Source: Desulfotomaculum sp. (GTDB taxonomy: Bacteria > Bacillota > Desulfotomaculia > Desulfotomaculales > Ammonificaceae). Taken from it: a DNA stretch of 32,380 nucleotides. Positions 1-7,799 of this stretch are shown piece by piece (within the stretch, counting starts at the first letter, position 1; each line of letters starts with the position of its first letter). The notes under the pieces are model-generated. The model saw nothing but the letters and a program-made list of their open reading frames with translations. It made no database searches and was not told the origin of the DNA. The DNA lies in contig DTYU01000062.1 in the NCBI GenBank assembly GCA_012961725.1, forward strand, positions 1 to 32,380, in the 5' to 3' direction. A program made the position numbers and the translations under genes.

Positions 1-165
1 CTGCCGGTGGATCATGGTGATCACCCGGGAGCACCGGCTCTGTTCAATACTGCGTATCAGCCGCAGCCGGTGTATTTCCAGGCGCTGGTGCTTAAGCATG
101 GGGAGGAACACGGAGATAATAAAAATCGCCCACAGGATGTCAAAAAAAGAGAAATTCGCAGCCAT
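1..165 (-). CDS. N-terminal ~55 codons of a membrane-anchored SDH/ClpP-fold serine protease-like protein (gene continues left of the window)
   Basis: Not in the ORF track because it runs off the window. Reverse-strand ATG at 165-163, with AAGGAG at 180-175 (9 nt spacing). Translation is MAANFSFFDILWAIFIISVFLPMLKHQRLEIHRLRLIRSIEQSRCSRVITMIHRQ. A hydrophobic helix is followed by RL..IR..E...RVITxIHRQ, which I recall as the typical N-terminus of PF01972-type proteins. Confidence 0.5.
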   Translation of the reverse strand, partial: MAANFSFFDILWAIFIISVFLPMLKHQRLEIHRLRLIRSIEQSRCSRVITMIHRQ

Positions 166-319
166 TGGTGCTGACTCCTTGAGGGTCGGACGGTTAGCGG
201 TTATACTTATTTTGCCCGCCGGAAAGGAATATGGTACGCTAAAGACGAATATTTATCGTCAATATTTTACCAGGACTTTTACTAGTCACGCAAGTCTATC
301 GCAGAAGGGACAGTGGATA

Positions 320-1060
320 ATGTTACCGATTGGCGAGATTTACTCAGTGCTGGTCTATGCAGAGAACAGGGGATTTTTTGCCGATCTTGAAAAACTGTAC
401 GAAGGGCTGCCCGAGAAGGAATGTACCGGCTGTAACGTCTGTTGCCAGAACCCGCCGGATGCGTCCTTGCTTGAATACCTTTACGCGTTCCGGTATTGCA
501 GGGAGGCGCTTCCCGAACAGCAGGCCGGGATCATTAAGCGGGCGGTCGAGTATTTCTTTTTGGAACCGGCGGTTCCGGAACAGATGTGCCCTTTCCGGTC
601 GGCCGAAAACGAATGCCTTATTTCCCCTGTTCGGCCCTTAGGTTGCCGGTTGTTTGGTTTGTTAAAGGAGGGGGATTACGAGAAACTTGAGAAAGAACGG
701 GTTGAAAAGCTCAAGGCCTTGGCGGAATTCCTGCGCACCGAGCACGGGATCGAACTGCCCCACGCCGTTTTGGCGTCCCGCCCCTATTGCGACAGGAGCC
801 TTGGGAACGATACGGCACGGGTGAGGATGGAGCAGGTAGACGAGTACAGGATGCGCCTTTTGATGCTCGATACGGGCCTGGTGAACCCGGAACTTGTCTT
901 CAGGCGGCGGACACTATGCCCCCTGCCTGTACACCTCGCGATTTCGGTGCTGAACGCCGGGGTAAGGGCAAAGCGTCTTGATGTGATGCGGGCCTTCCTT
1001 GCGGGATCACGCGAACCCTTAGATAAATATGTCGGTCGCGTGGCGGGCTGCCGGTTATAG
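320..1060 (+). CDS. YkgJ/UPF0153-family cysteine-cluster (putative Zn/Fe-chelating) protein
   Basis: ORF 14..1060 trimmed to ATG 320 (AAGGGA at 304-309). Positions 120-319 are AT-rich and overlap the divergent gene's start. CTGCNVCC is the CxxCxxCC signature of the family, and further conserved-looking Cys residues lie downstream. Confidence 0.55.
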   Translation: MLPIGEIYSVLVYAENRGFFADLEKLYEGLPEKECTGCNVCCQNPPDASLLEYLYAFRYCREALPEQQAGIIKRAVEYFFLEPAVPEQMCPFRSAENECLISPVRPLGCRLFGLLKEGDYEKLEKERVEKLKALAEFLRTEHGIELPHAVLASRPYCDRSLGNDTARVRMEQVDEYRMRLLMLDTGLVNPELVFRRRTLCPLPVHLAISVLNAGVRAKRLDVMRAFLAGSREPLDKYVGRVAGCRL

Positions 1061-1065
1061 TCATA

Positions 1066-1731
1066 ATGGGGCTTGCGGAGCTTGGTGTCACATCGTTTAT
1101 TGTAGCCCTTTCCGGCGCCATGGCGCCGGGGCCGCTGCTGACGGTAACGATCGCCGAAAGCGTAAGGAGAGGGGTGATGGCAGGTCCGCTTCTAGTGGCC
1201 GGGCACGCCGTCTTAGAAGCAGGACTGGTGGTTGCGCTGGCTTTCGGACTCGCGCCGTTTATCTCCCACGACCGGGTGATTGCCGCGATTTCGCTTGCCG
1301 GCGGCGGGTTCTTGCTCTGGATGGGTGGAACAATAGTAGGGGATGCTGTTCGGGGAAAGATCGCCTTAGACTTGAGTGCGCCGCTGACAAACGGCGGACC
1401 GCCCACAGGCGGCTCCAATGCAGGGCGGCTTATCACGCTTGGAGCGGTCGTAAGCCTTTCTAATCCTTACTGGAGCCTCTGGTGGGCGACGTTCGGCCTA
1501 AAATATGTTACTATAGCGCTCAAATGGGCTTGGGTCGGGATAACCGTTTTTTTCATCGGACACATCTTAGCCGACCTGGCTTGGTATCTTGCGGTTTCAG
1601 GTGCGGTGGCCGGAGGCAGACGGTTTTTGAGCCCTGCTGTATACCGTGGAATCCTGACCGTCACCGGTCTCTTCTTGATAGGACTAGGCGGGTGCTTTGT
1701 TTACGGCGGCTTACGGTTTGTTGGGGTGTAA
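1066..1731 (+). CDS. LysE/RhtB-family amino-acid efflux permease
   Basis: 221 aa, multi-helix hydrophobic protein. N-terminal SGAMAPGPLL (the PGP motif) and SNPYWSLWW (NPxxWxFW-like) are typical of LysE-type translocators. Confidence 0.75.
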   Translation: MGLAELGVTSFIVALSGAMAPGPLLTVTIAESVRRGVMAGPLLVAGHAVLEAGLVVALAFGLAPFISHDRVIAAISLAGGGFLLWMGGTIVGDAVRGKIALDLSAPLTNGGPPTGGSNAGRLITLGAVVSLSNPYWSLWWATFGLKYVTIALKWAWVGITVFFIGHILADLAWYLAVSGAVAGGRRFLSPAVYRGILTVTGLFLIGLGGCFVYGGLRFVGV

Positions 1732-1817
1732 TGGTGTCGTCGGAGAACGGGCGTCGGTCGTCAGTAACATGGGAAGGAGTTTGCGCAGCGAATTCCTACC
1801 GACAATCATCGGAGGAC

Positions 1818-1847
1818 AATAATTTAGTATGGTGTCCCCGTAATTTT
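1818..1847 (+). repeat. Conserved intergenic box copy 1 (AATAATTTAGTATGGTGTCCCCGTAATTTT)
   Basis: Identical over 30 nt to 10057-10086. Followed by GACGGAGGGGG and ATG 1867. Preceded by the GCGAATTCCTAC module (1788-1799), which is also seen at 29330-29341 and, as GCGATTTCCTAC, at 15726-15737. Confidence 0.85.
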
Positions 1848-1866
1848 GACGGAGGGGGTAGGAGTT

Positions 1867-3252
1867 ATGCCGGAAAATTCTGGCAGTATTGTAATCGGCG
1901 GGATCGTTCCGCATCCGCCGATAATGGTGCCGGAGGTTGGAGGCAGGGAAGCCGGGAAGGTGCGCAGGACCCAGGAGGCGCTGCTCGAGTTGGGCAGGCG
2001 GATACGCCGCAGCGGGGCCGAAACAATGGTGATGATTTCGCCGCATGGGCCGGTGATGTGGGATGCGGTGGCGGTGGTGACGCAGGCGCACCCGCAGGGG
2101 AACCTCGGCCGCTTCGGTGCGCCGGAGGCGGTCTTTGAGCTGGATACGGATTTGGTCCTGGCGAGTCTTTTGCGGGAAGAGTTGAAGACCGGCGGAATAC
2201 CCGAGGTGGAGATGCGCCACCGTTTCGACTACCAGCTCGACCATGGTGTTACGGCGCCGCTTTACTGGCTCCAAAAAGGGGGCGTGGACCTGCCGGTGGT
2301 GATTTGCGGGATGGCGATTATGCAGTTGCGGCGGTTATACGGCTTCGGGCTGGCGGCACAGCGAGCGGCGGCGGCAGCAGGCCGGAAGGTGGCGGTTGTC
2401 GCAAGCGGGGATCTCTCTCACCGCCTGTCGCCTGAGGCACCGAACGGGTACGACCCGATGGGGGCGGTTTTTGACGAAAAGGTGCAGGAGATCGTTGCGG
2501 CTGCCGATCCGCTGGCGCTGGTCCGGCTTGACCCGGTTTTGATCGAATGCGCAGGGGAATGCGGTTTGCGGCCTATCGTGATGCTTTTCGGGGCTTTCGA
2601 CGGGCGTCGGGTGGAAGCAGAGGTTTTATCCTACGAGGCCCCGTTCGGCGTGGGGTACATGGTAGCGAGCCTGTTACCGGGGGACAGGGCGCAGGAGCGT
2701 CTTTTCGCCGGGAAGATGGCGGAGGATGCGAAAGCGCAGGACGAGGCGAAGAGTTACCTTGTCAGGTTGGCCGAGCGGGCGATTGAAGCCTACCTCGATC
2801 ACGGGGAAAAGATCAGGGTGCGTGACATACCGCCGGAGTTCGCGCGGCGAGCCGGAGTCTTTGTATGTTTAAAAAAGGGCGGGCTTTTGCGCGGGTGCAT
2901 CGGGACCGTAGAGCCGACGCAGGCCAACATCGCAGAGGAGGTCGTTGAAAACGCGATCAGTGCCGCTACCCGCGATTCGCGGTTCGATCCGGTGAGCCCG
3001 GCAGAGGTAGCGGATCTCACCATTGCGGTTGACGTTCTCGGCGAACCGGAAGCGGTGAGCGGGCTTGAAGACCTGGACCCAAAGCGTTACGGGGTGATCG
3101 TTTCCCGCGGCTCAAGGCGCGGGCTTTTGCTCCCGGACTTAGAAGGGATAGACGCGCCGGAGCAGCAGGTTTCCATTGCGCGGCGGAAAGCCGGGATCGA
3201 CCCGGACGAGCCGGTAAAGTTAGAGCGGTTTGAAGTGAAGCGGTATTACTAA
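1867..3252 (+). CDS. Fusion protein: N-terminal Memo/LigB-superfamily (class III extradiol dioxygenase-like) domain plus C-terminal AMMECR1 domain
   Basis: ORF 1846..3252; ATG 1867 is preferred because of the GGAGGGGGTAGGAG RBS. N-domain motifs: IVPHPP, ISPHGP, SGDLSHRL, ECGLRPIV. C-domain motifs: LRGCIGT, RDSRFDPV, RGLLLPD (AMMECR1 hallmarks as I recall them). Confidence 0.75.
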   Translation: MPENSGSIVIGGIVPHPPIMVPEVGGREAGKVRRTQEALLELGRRIRRSGAETMVMISPHGPVMWDAVAVVTQAHPQGNLGRFGAPEAVFELDTDLVLASLLREELKTGGIPEVEMRHRFDYQLDHGVTAPLYWLQKGGVDLPVVICGMAIMQLRRLYGFGLAAQRAAAAAGRKVAVVASGDLSHRLSPEAPNGYDPMGAVFDEKVQEIVAAADPLALVRLDPVLIECAGECGLRPIVMLFGAFDGRRVEAEVLSYEAPFGVGYMVASLLPGDRAQERLFAGKMAEDAKAQDEAKSYLVRLAERAIEAYLDHGEKIRVRDIPPEFARRAGVFVCLKKGGLLRGCIGTVEPTQANIAEEVVENAISAATRDSRFDPVSPAEVADLTIAVDVLGEPEAVSGLEDLDPKRYGVIVSRGSRRGLLLPDLEGIDAPEQQVSIARRKAGIDPDEPVKLERFEVKRYY

Positions 3253-3276
3253 CTTTAAGGAAGCGGGATGAGCTAA

Positions 3277-4281
3277 GTGCACGAGGCGCTTTTTTATGAA
3301 AAGCGGGACAAGAAGGTTTTCTGCCGGCTTTGCCCCAAGGGATGCGCTATCGAAGAGGGGCATACAGGGTTTTGCAGGGTAAAGGAAAGCCGCGGCGGGA
3401 AACTGTACGCCGTTAACTACGGCCACTGCACGTCGTCCGCGGTCGACCCGATAGAAAAGAAGCCGCTTTATCACTTCTACCCGGCCCACACAATCCTGTC
3501 TCTCGGTACTTACGGCTGCAACCTGCGGTGCCGTTTTTGCCAGAACTGGGAGATCGCCCACGGCTCGCCCCCGGCGGTGGTGATAACTCCGGAGCAGGTG
3601 GCGGCGATGATTGCGTCCCAAGGGCGGCGCTGTATCGGCGTCGCGTATACGTATTCGGAACCTGTTGTCTGGTATGAGTTCATTTATGCCACAGTCCGTC
3701 TGGTAAAAGAGGCCGGCTTCAAAAACGTACTCGTGACCAACGGATTCATAAACGAAAAGCCGCTAAGGGAGATACTGCCCTATATCGACGCCATGAATAT
3801 CGACGTCAAGTCGTTCAGGGACGATTATTACAAGGAATACTGCGCCGGGAGGTTGAAACCGGTTCTAAGGACGGTGGAGCTTGCGTCTAAGGAATGCCAT
3901 GTCGAGGTTACTAACCTGCTGGTTACCGGCCTCAATGATTCCGAGGAGGAGGTTGCCGACCTGGTGAACTGGCTTTCACACCTGAATCCGGAGATACCGC
4001 TTCATTTTTCCCGGTACTTTCCTAACTTTGAGCTGGATCTCCCACCGACCCCGGTTGAAAGACTGTTCCGGGCGCGCGAGATTGCGAGGGAGAAACTGAA
4101 GTTCGTCTATCTTGGCAACGTATGGGACGAGGAAGGGGGCAACACTTACTGTCCCAATTGCAACGCGGTGATCATCCGGCGGGAAGGATACAGGGTGCGA
4201 AGGGCAGATCTTGGGGGCGGCAAGTGCACTGTCTGCGGGGAAGCGGTTCCAATAGTGGGTGGGGTCTGGGAAGGACGGTAG
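3277..4281 (+). CDS. AmmeMemoRadiSam-system radical SAM enzyme (PflA-like activase family)
   Basis: GTG start. CNLRCRFCQNWEI is the CxxxCxxC radical-SAM cluster. N-terminal CRLCPKGC..GFCRV and DPIEKKPLYHF, plus C-terminal CPNC...CTVCG. Lies directly downstream of the AMMECR1 fusion. Confidence 0.8.
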   Translation: MHEALFYEKRDKKVFCRLCPKGCAIEEGHTGFCRVKESRGGKLYAVNYGHCTSSAVDPIEKKPLYHFYPAHTILSLGTYGCNLRCRFCQNWEIAHGSPPAVVITPEQVAAMIASQGRRCIGVAYTYSEPVVWYEFIYATVRLVKEAGFKNVLVTNGFINEKPLREILPYIDAMNIDVKSFRDDYYKEYCAGRLKPVLRTVELASKECHVEVTNLLVTGLNDSEEEVADLVNWLSHLNPEIPLHFSRYFPNFELDLPPTPVERLFRAREIAREKLKFVYLGNVWDEEGGNTYCPNCNAVIIRREGYRVRRADLGGGKCTVCGEAVPIVGGVWEGR

Positions 4282-4348
4282 CGAATAGGTCTTTGCGGCT
4301 GTCTCGGAAAGGGCGGATTCTACAGAAAAAAATATTTTCCCCGCCCTA

Positions 4349-4377
4349 TTGTATTTTTATACAGCGTTTCGTATAAT
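4349..4377 (+). promoter_or_regulatory. argC promoter (-35 TTGTAT, 17 nt, -10 TATAAT) overlapped by an ARG-box-like palindrome
   Basis: TTGTAT at 4349-4354 and TATAAT at 4372-4377. TGTATTTTTATACA (4350-4363) is a TGTAT-N4-ATACA palindrome resembling the ArgR/AhrC operator core TGAAT-N4-ATTCA. A weaker second half-site lies at GTATAATTATCGATA (4371-4385). Confidence 0.5.
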
Positions 4378-4412
4378 TATCGATATTGACGGCAGTGCGG
4401 CAGGTGGTTTAA

Positions 4413-5453
4413 TTGATCAAGGCAGGGATTGTCGGTGCGTCCGGGTATACGGGCGCGGAGTTGGTGCGCCTTTTAACGCTGCATCCGGAGGTGGAATTGG
4501 CAGTTTTGACCTCCCGCAGCTACGAGGGCAAGGAAATGGCGGCGGTTTTTCCGCACCTTACCGGCTTTACTGACCGGGTGCTGACTGCTTTTGACGCAGA
4601 TGGGTTGGCGGCCGAATGCGATGTCATCTTCACGGCACTGCCCCACGGACATGCGGTGCCAGTGGCTGAGGCGGTGATCAGACAGGGAAAGAAGCTTGTC
4701 GACTTAGGGGCGGACTTCCGCTTTCGAGAGACGGGGGTCTACGAGTCCTGGTACAAGGTGGAGCACGGGGCACCCGAACTTGCAGAGGAAGCCGTATACG
4801 GCCTTCCGGAGCTTTATCGCGCGCAACTGAAAGGGGTACGGATCGTGGCCAATCCGGGGTGTTACCCCACGGCCTCGCTCCTATCCCTGGTACCGCTTCT
4901 GCGTTCGGGGTGCATCGCCCCGGAGGGCATCATTATCGACGCGAAGTCAGGGGTTTCGGGTGCCGGGCGCAGGCTTGATCTGCGGGCGCATTACGCCGAG
5001 GTGAATGAAAACGTCCAGGCCTACGGTGTTGCCGTCCACAGGCACATCCCGGAAATAGAGCAGGAGCTGTCTGTTGCAGCAGGAAGAGAGGTGCGCATCT
5101 CCTTCACGCCGCACCTTGTGCCGCAAACCAGGGGGATTTTGACAACGGTCTATGCGAGCTTGAAAACGAGGCTTTCCACAGCGGAGCTTTTGGAGGTTTA
5201 CCGGGATTTCTACCGTGATGAGCCGTTCGTCAGGGTGCTTCCCGAAGGCGTTTTTCCACGGACCAAGAGCGTAACGGGTTCAAACTTCGTTCACCTCGGT
5301 GCAGTGGCTGATTTGCGCACCGGCCGGGCAGTTCTCTTAGCAGCGATCGATAACTTGGTCAAAGGGGCTTCGGGACAGGCGGTGCAGAATATGAATATAG
5401 TGTTCGGTCTCCCGGAGACTACCGGGCTTGAATACCCGGGGATTTATCCATAA
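4413..5453 (+). CDS. argC: N-acetyl-gamma-glutamyl-phosphate reductase
   Basis: TTG start after AGGTGG. N-terminal IVGASGYTGAELVRLL Rossmann motif and NPGCYPT active-site Cys motif. Sits in the arg operon. Confidence 0.95.
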   Translation: MIKAGIVGASGYTGAELVRLLTLHPEVELAVLTSRSYEGKEMAAVFPHLTGFTDRVLTAFDADGLAAECDVIFTALPHGHAVPVAEAVIRQGKKLVDLGADFRFRETGVYESWYKVEHGAPELAEEAVYGLPELYRAQLKGVRIVANPGCYPTASLLSLVPLLRSGCIAPEGIIIDAKSGVSGAGRRLDLRAHYAEVNENVQAYGVAVHRHIPEIEQELSVAAGREVRISFTPHLVPQTRGILTTVYASLKTRLSTAELLEVYRDFYRDEPFVRVLPEGVFPRTKSVTGSNFVHLGAVADLRTGRAVLLAAIDNLVKGASGQAVQNMNIVFGLPETTGLEYPGIYP

Positions 5454-5478
5454 GGCTTGCGGGAAGAAATCAAGGGTC

Positions 5479-5499
5479 AGAAGCTAGAAGCCAGAAGCC
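5479..5499 (+). repeat. Heptamer array AGAAGCT-AGAAGCC-AGAAGCC (purine arm only)
   Basis: Three in-phase 7-mers in the argC-argJ gap. The preceding 12-mer GGGTCAGAAGCT (5474-5485) is identical to 7711-7722. Confidence 0.8.
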
Positions 5500-5517
5500 A
5501 GGGGGAAGATCGTTATC

Positions 5518-6717
5518 ATGGAGTGGGTCGAAGGGGGTGTAACGGCCCCTGCCGGTTTTAAGGCAAGCGGGGTGGCGGCCGGAATCAAAAGAAGCAGGAA
5601 AGACCTGGCGCTCCTCTATAGTGAAGTGCCGGCGGCGGCGGCGGGGGTTTTCACCACCAATAGGGTGAAGGCGGCCCCGGTCCTTATCACCGCGCGGCGG
5701 TTAGAGAAAGGGGTGGCACAGGCAGTGGTGGTTAACAGCGGCAACGCCAACGCCTGCACCGGCGCTCAAGGGTATGCGGACGCGCTAACTATGGCGCGCG
5801 CTGCCGCGAGTGTTTTACAGATACCGGAAGAGCTGGTGCTGGTCGGCTCTACGGGGGTGATCGGCGAGCGCCTGCCGGTGGCAAGGATTGAGGAGGCGCT
5901 GCCTTTGGCTGCCGAAGCATTGGATGGTGCGGGCCACTTTTCTGCGGCGGAGGCGATAATGACGACGGATACAGTGGCCAAGGAGGCGGCGGTCCGGTTT
6001 GTTGTCGGAGGGAAACGGTGTACTGTGGGCGGGATGGCCAAGGGCTCCGGGATGATTCACCCGCACCTGGCGACGATGATGGCCTTTCTCACCACAGATG
6101 CGGCAGTCGAGGCGTGGCTCTTGCGCCGGGCGCTGAAAAGCGCGGTTGACGCTTCGTTCAACATGATTACGGTGGACGGGGATACCAGCACCAACGACAT
6201 GGTGGTGGTGATGGCGAACGGCCGGGCCGGAAATCCTGAAATCACCGGGGAGGGGCCGGAATACGAAAGTTTTGTGACGGCGCTTACGGCGGTAGCCACC
6301 AAACTGGCGAAAAGGGTTGCGCGGGACGGTGAAGGGGCCACGAGGCTGGTCGAGGTCCGCGTAAGAGGAGCGGTTTCGGTCGCCGACGCACGCAAGGCGG
6401 CGCGGGCCATCGCCGCGTCGAACTTGGTCAAGTCGGCGGTTTTCGGCTGTGACGCCAACTGGGGGCGTATTCTGTGCGCGGCGGGGTATTCGGGCGCGGT
6501 CTTTGATCCGGAGAGGGTAGACGTTTCCCTCGGCAGAGAACAGGTGGTGGCAGGCGGCAAGGGGCTTCCGTTTTCAGAGGAGCGTGCCTCGAGGGAACTG
6601 GCGCAGGATCCGGTCGTAATCACTGTTGACTTCCGGGCAGGGGAGGGCGCTGCCACAGCCTGGGGCTGCGACCTTACTTACGATTATGTGCGGATCAATG
6701 CGAGTTACCGGACGTAG
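5518..6717 (+). CDS. argJ: Bifunctional ornithine acetyltransferase / N-acetylglutamate synthase
   Basis: 399 aa. ATMMAFLTTDA self-cleavage motif and the GFKASG, NSGNANACTG motifs. Confidence 0.95.
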   Translation: MEWVEGGVTAPAGFKASGVAAGIKRSRKDLALLYSEVPAAAAGVFTTNRVKAAPVLITARRLEKGVAQAVVVNSGNANACTGAQGYADALTMARAAASVLQIPEELVLVGSTGVIGERLPVARIEEALPLAAEALDGAGHFSAAEAIMTTDTVAKEAAVRFVVGGKRCTVGGMAKGSGMIHPHLATMMAFLTTDAAVEAWLLRRALKSAVDASFNMITVDGDTSTNDMVVVMANGRAGNPEITGEGPEYESFVTALTAVATKLAKRVARDGEGATRLVEVRVRGAVSVADARKAARAIAASNLVKSAVFGCDANWGRILCAAGYSGAVFDPERVDVSLGREQVVAGGKGLPFSEERASRELAQDPVVITVDFRAGEGAATAWGCDLTYDYVRINASYRT

Positions 6718-6719
6718 AA

Positions 6720-6761
6720 AAGTTCAAAGTTCGAGGTTCAGAGTTCCAAGTTTGAAGATTG
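6720..6761 (+). repeat. Six in-phase heptamers (AAGTTCA AAGTTCG AGGTTCA GAGTTCC AAGTTTG AAGATTG)
   Basis: Read directly from the argJ-argB gap. TTCAAAGTT (6723-6731) can pair imperfectly with AAGTTTGAA (6748-6756). Confidence 0.8.
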
Positions 6762-6768
6762 TATTGTT

Positions 6769-6798
6769 AAAAATTTAGTATTGTGTCCCCGAAATTTT
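6769..6798 (+). repeat. Conserved intergenic box copy 2 (AAAAATTTAGTATTGTGTCCCCGAAATTTT)
   Basis: 27/30 identical to copies 1 and 3. Followed directly by GGAGGGAGG and the argB ATG at 6811. Confidence 0.8.
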
Positions 6799-6810
6799 GG
6801 AGGGAGGAAA

Positions 6811-7698
6811 ATGGTTCTGACGGCGATAGAGAAGGCGGGCATTTTAGTTGAGGCCTTGCCGTACATCAAAAAATTCCACGGGAATATCATCGTGGTGAAA
6901 TACGGCGGGCACGCGATGACCGACTGTGAACTGAAGCAGGCGGTGATGACCGACCTGGTGCTCATGAAGTACGTAGGCATGCACCCGGTGGTGGTTCACG
7001 GCGGCGGCCCGGATATTTCGAATATGCTGAAGCGTTTGGGCATAAAGACCTCGTTCGTCAACGGCCTCCGGGTTACGGATGCAGAGACGATGGAGGTTGT
7101 TGAGATGGTTCTGGGCCGTTTGAACAAAGAGATAACCGCCCTGATCAATCGCTTAGGCGGGCGGGCGGTGGGCCTTTGCGGAAAGGACGCCAACTTAGTA
7201 ATGGCCGAAAAGAAGCCGGCGGTTGTTAAACGTGCCGGCGGGGCAGAGGTGGTGCAGGACATCGGGTACGTCGGCAGGATAACGCGGGTCAACCCGGAAC
7301 TTCTTTTCAGTGTGATCCGGCAGGGGTACATCCCCGTAGTGGCACCGGTCGGCCTCGGGCGAGACGGAGAGGGATATAACATCAATGCCGATACCGTTGC
7401 GGGTAAGGTTGCTGAGGCGCTCAAAGCGGACAAACTGATCGTCCTTACGGACGTTGAAGGAATTCTGGACAACCCGGAGGACAGGGGTTCGGTGATTTCG
7501 GTCATCAAAGTTGATGAAATTCCCGGTCTGATTGCTTCGGGCAAGATTTCCGGCGGCATGATCCCGAAGCTTGAATGCTGCGAAGCAGCCCTCAGGGGCG
7601 GGGTAGGGAGTGCACACATCCTCGACGGCAGGGTGATGCATGCGATCCTGCTTGAGGTCTTCACGGATGAGGGCATAGGAACAATGGTGGTACCTTAA
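6811..7698 (+). CDS. argB: N-acetylglutamate kinase
   Basis: ORF 6781..7698 trimmed to ATG 6811 (GGAGGGAGG RBS). [23 protein letters not shown] and NINAD motifs. Confidence 0.95.
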   Translation: MVLTAIEKAGILVEALPYIKKFHGNIIVVKYGGHAMTDCELKQAVMTDLVLMKYVGMHPVVVHGGGPDISNMLKRLGIKTSFVNGLRVTDAETMEVVEMVLGRLNKEITALINRLGGRAVGLCGKDANLVMAEKKPAVVKRAGGAEVVQDIGYVGRITRVNPELLFSVIRQGYIPVVAPVGLGRDGEGYNINADTVAGKVAEALKADKLIVLTDVEGILDNPEDRGSVISVIKVDEIPGLIASGKISGGMIPKLECCEAALRGGVGSAHILDGRVMHAILLEVFTDEGIGTMVVP

Positions 7699-7710
7699 GG
7701 GCTGGAAAGC

Positions 7711-7780
7711 GGGTCAGAAGCTGGAATTCAGCAGTCTTAGTAGTTTCTGGATTCTGACTCCTGACTGCTGAATTCTTGGA
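7711..7780 (+). repeat. Two-arm heptamer module with a perfect 13-bp stem
   Basis: GAATTCAGCAGTC (7724-7736) is the exact reverse complement of GACTGCTGAATTC (7763-7775). The 3' arm reads in-phase as TTCTGGA TTCTGAC TCCTGAC TGCTGAA TTCTTGG. Confidence 0.85.
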
Positions 7781-7799
7781 TCATGAAGGAGTTACTTTT

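Noticed and set aside
14-319. N-terminal 102 codons of track ORF 14..1060
   Set aside because: Runs through the AT-rich divergent promoter region and overlaps the start of the opposite-strand gene (1-165). The residues are Arg/Ser/Cys-rich with no family resemblance. An internal ATG at 320 with an RBS gives a YkgJ-sized protein.
166-319. Divergent promoters between the protease-like gene and the YkgJ gene
   Set aside because: Several weak hexamer pairs can be drawn (for example TTGACG on the minus strand) but none has both boxes at proper spacing, so no promoter is reported.
1818-1847. The conserved box as a sigma-A, sigma-54 or ECF promoter
   Set aside because: TAGTAT/TATGGT are weak -10 candidates and nothing -35-like is conserved at 16-18 nt in the four copies. 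There is no GG-N10-GC spacing for sigma-54. A GGAAT-N16-GTC pattern occurs only in copy 4. Canonical TTGACA-17-TATAAT-type promoters exist elsewhere in the window, so the housekeeping consensus is not unusual here.
900-2274. Overlapping track ORFs 900..1436(-), 1029..1463(+), 1482..2138(+), 1711..2274(-)
   Set aside because: Out-of-frame or antisense shadows of the LysE and AMMECR1-fusion genes. They have Arg/Pro/Gly-rich low-complexity translations typical of GC-rich off-frames and no RBS.
4311-4346. GGGCGG...CCGCCC as a terminator after the radical-SAM gene
   Set aside because: Only a 6-bp stem around a 24-nt A-rich loop. It is too weak to call, although a T-rich tract follows.
6057-7676. 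Long antisense ORFs 6057..6656(-) and 6996..7676(-) inside argJ and argB
   Set aside because: Ser/Thr/Ala/Pro-rich translations opposite well-supported genes. This is the classic antisense frame of GC-rich coding DNA.
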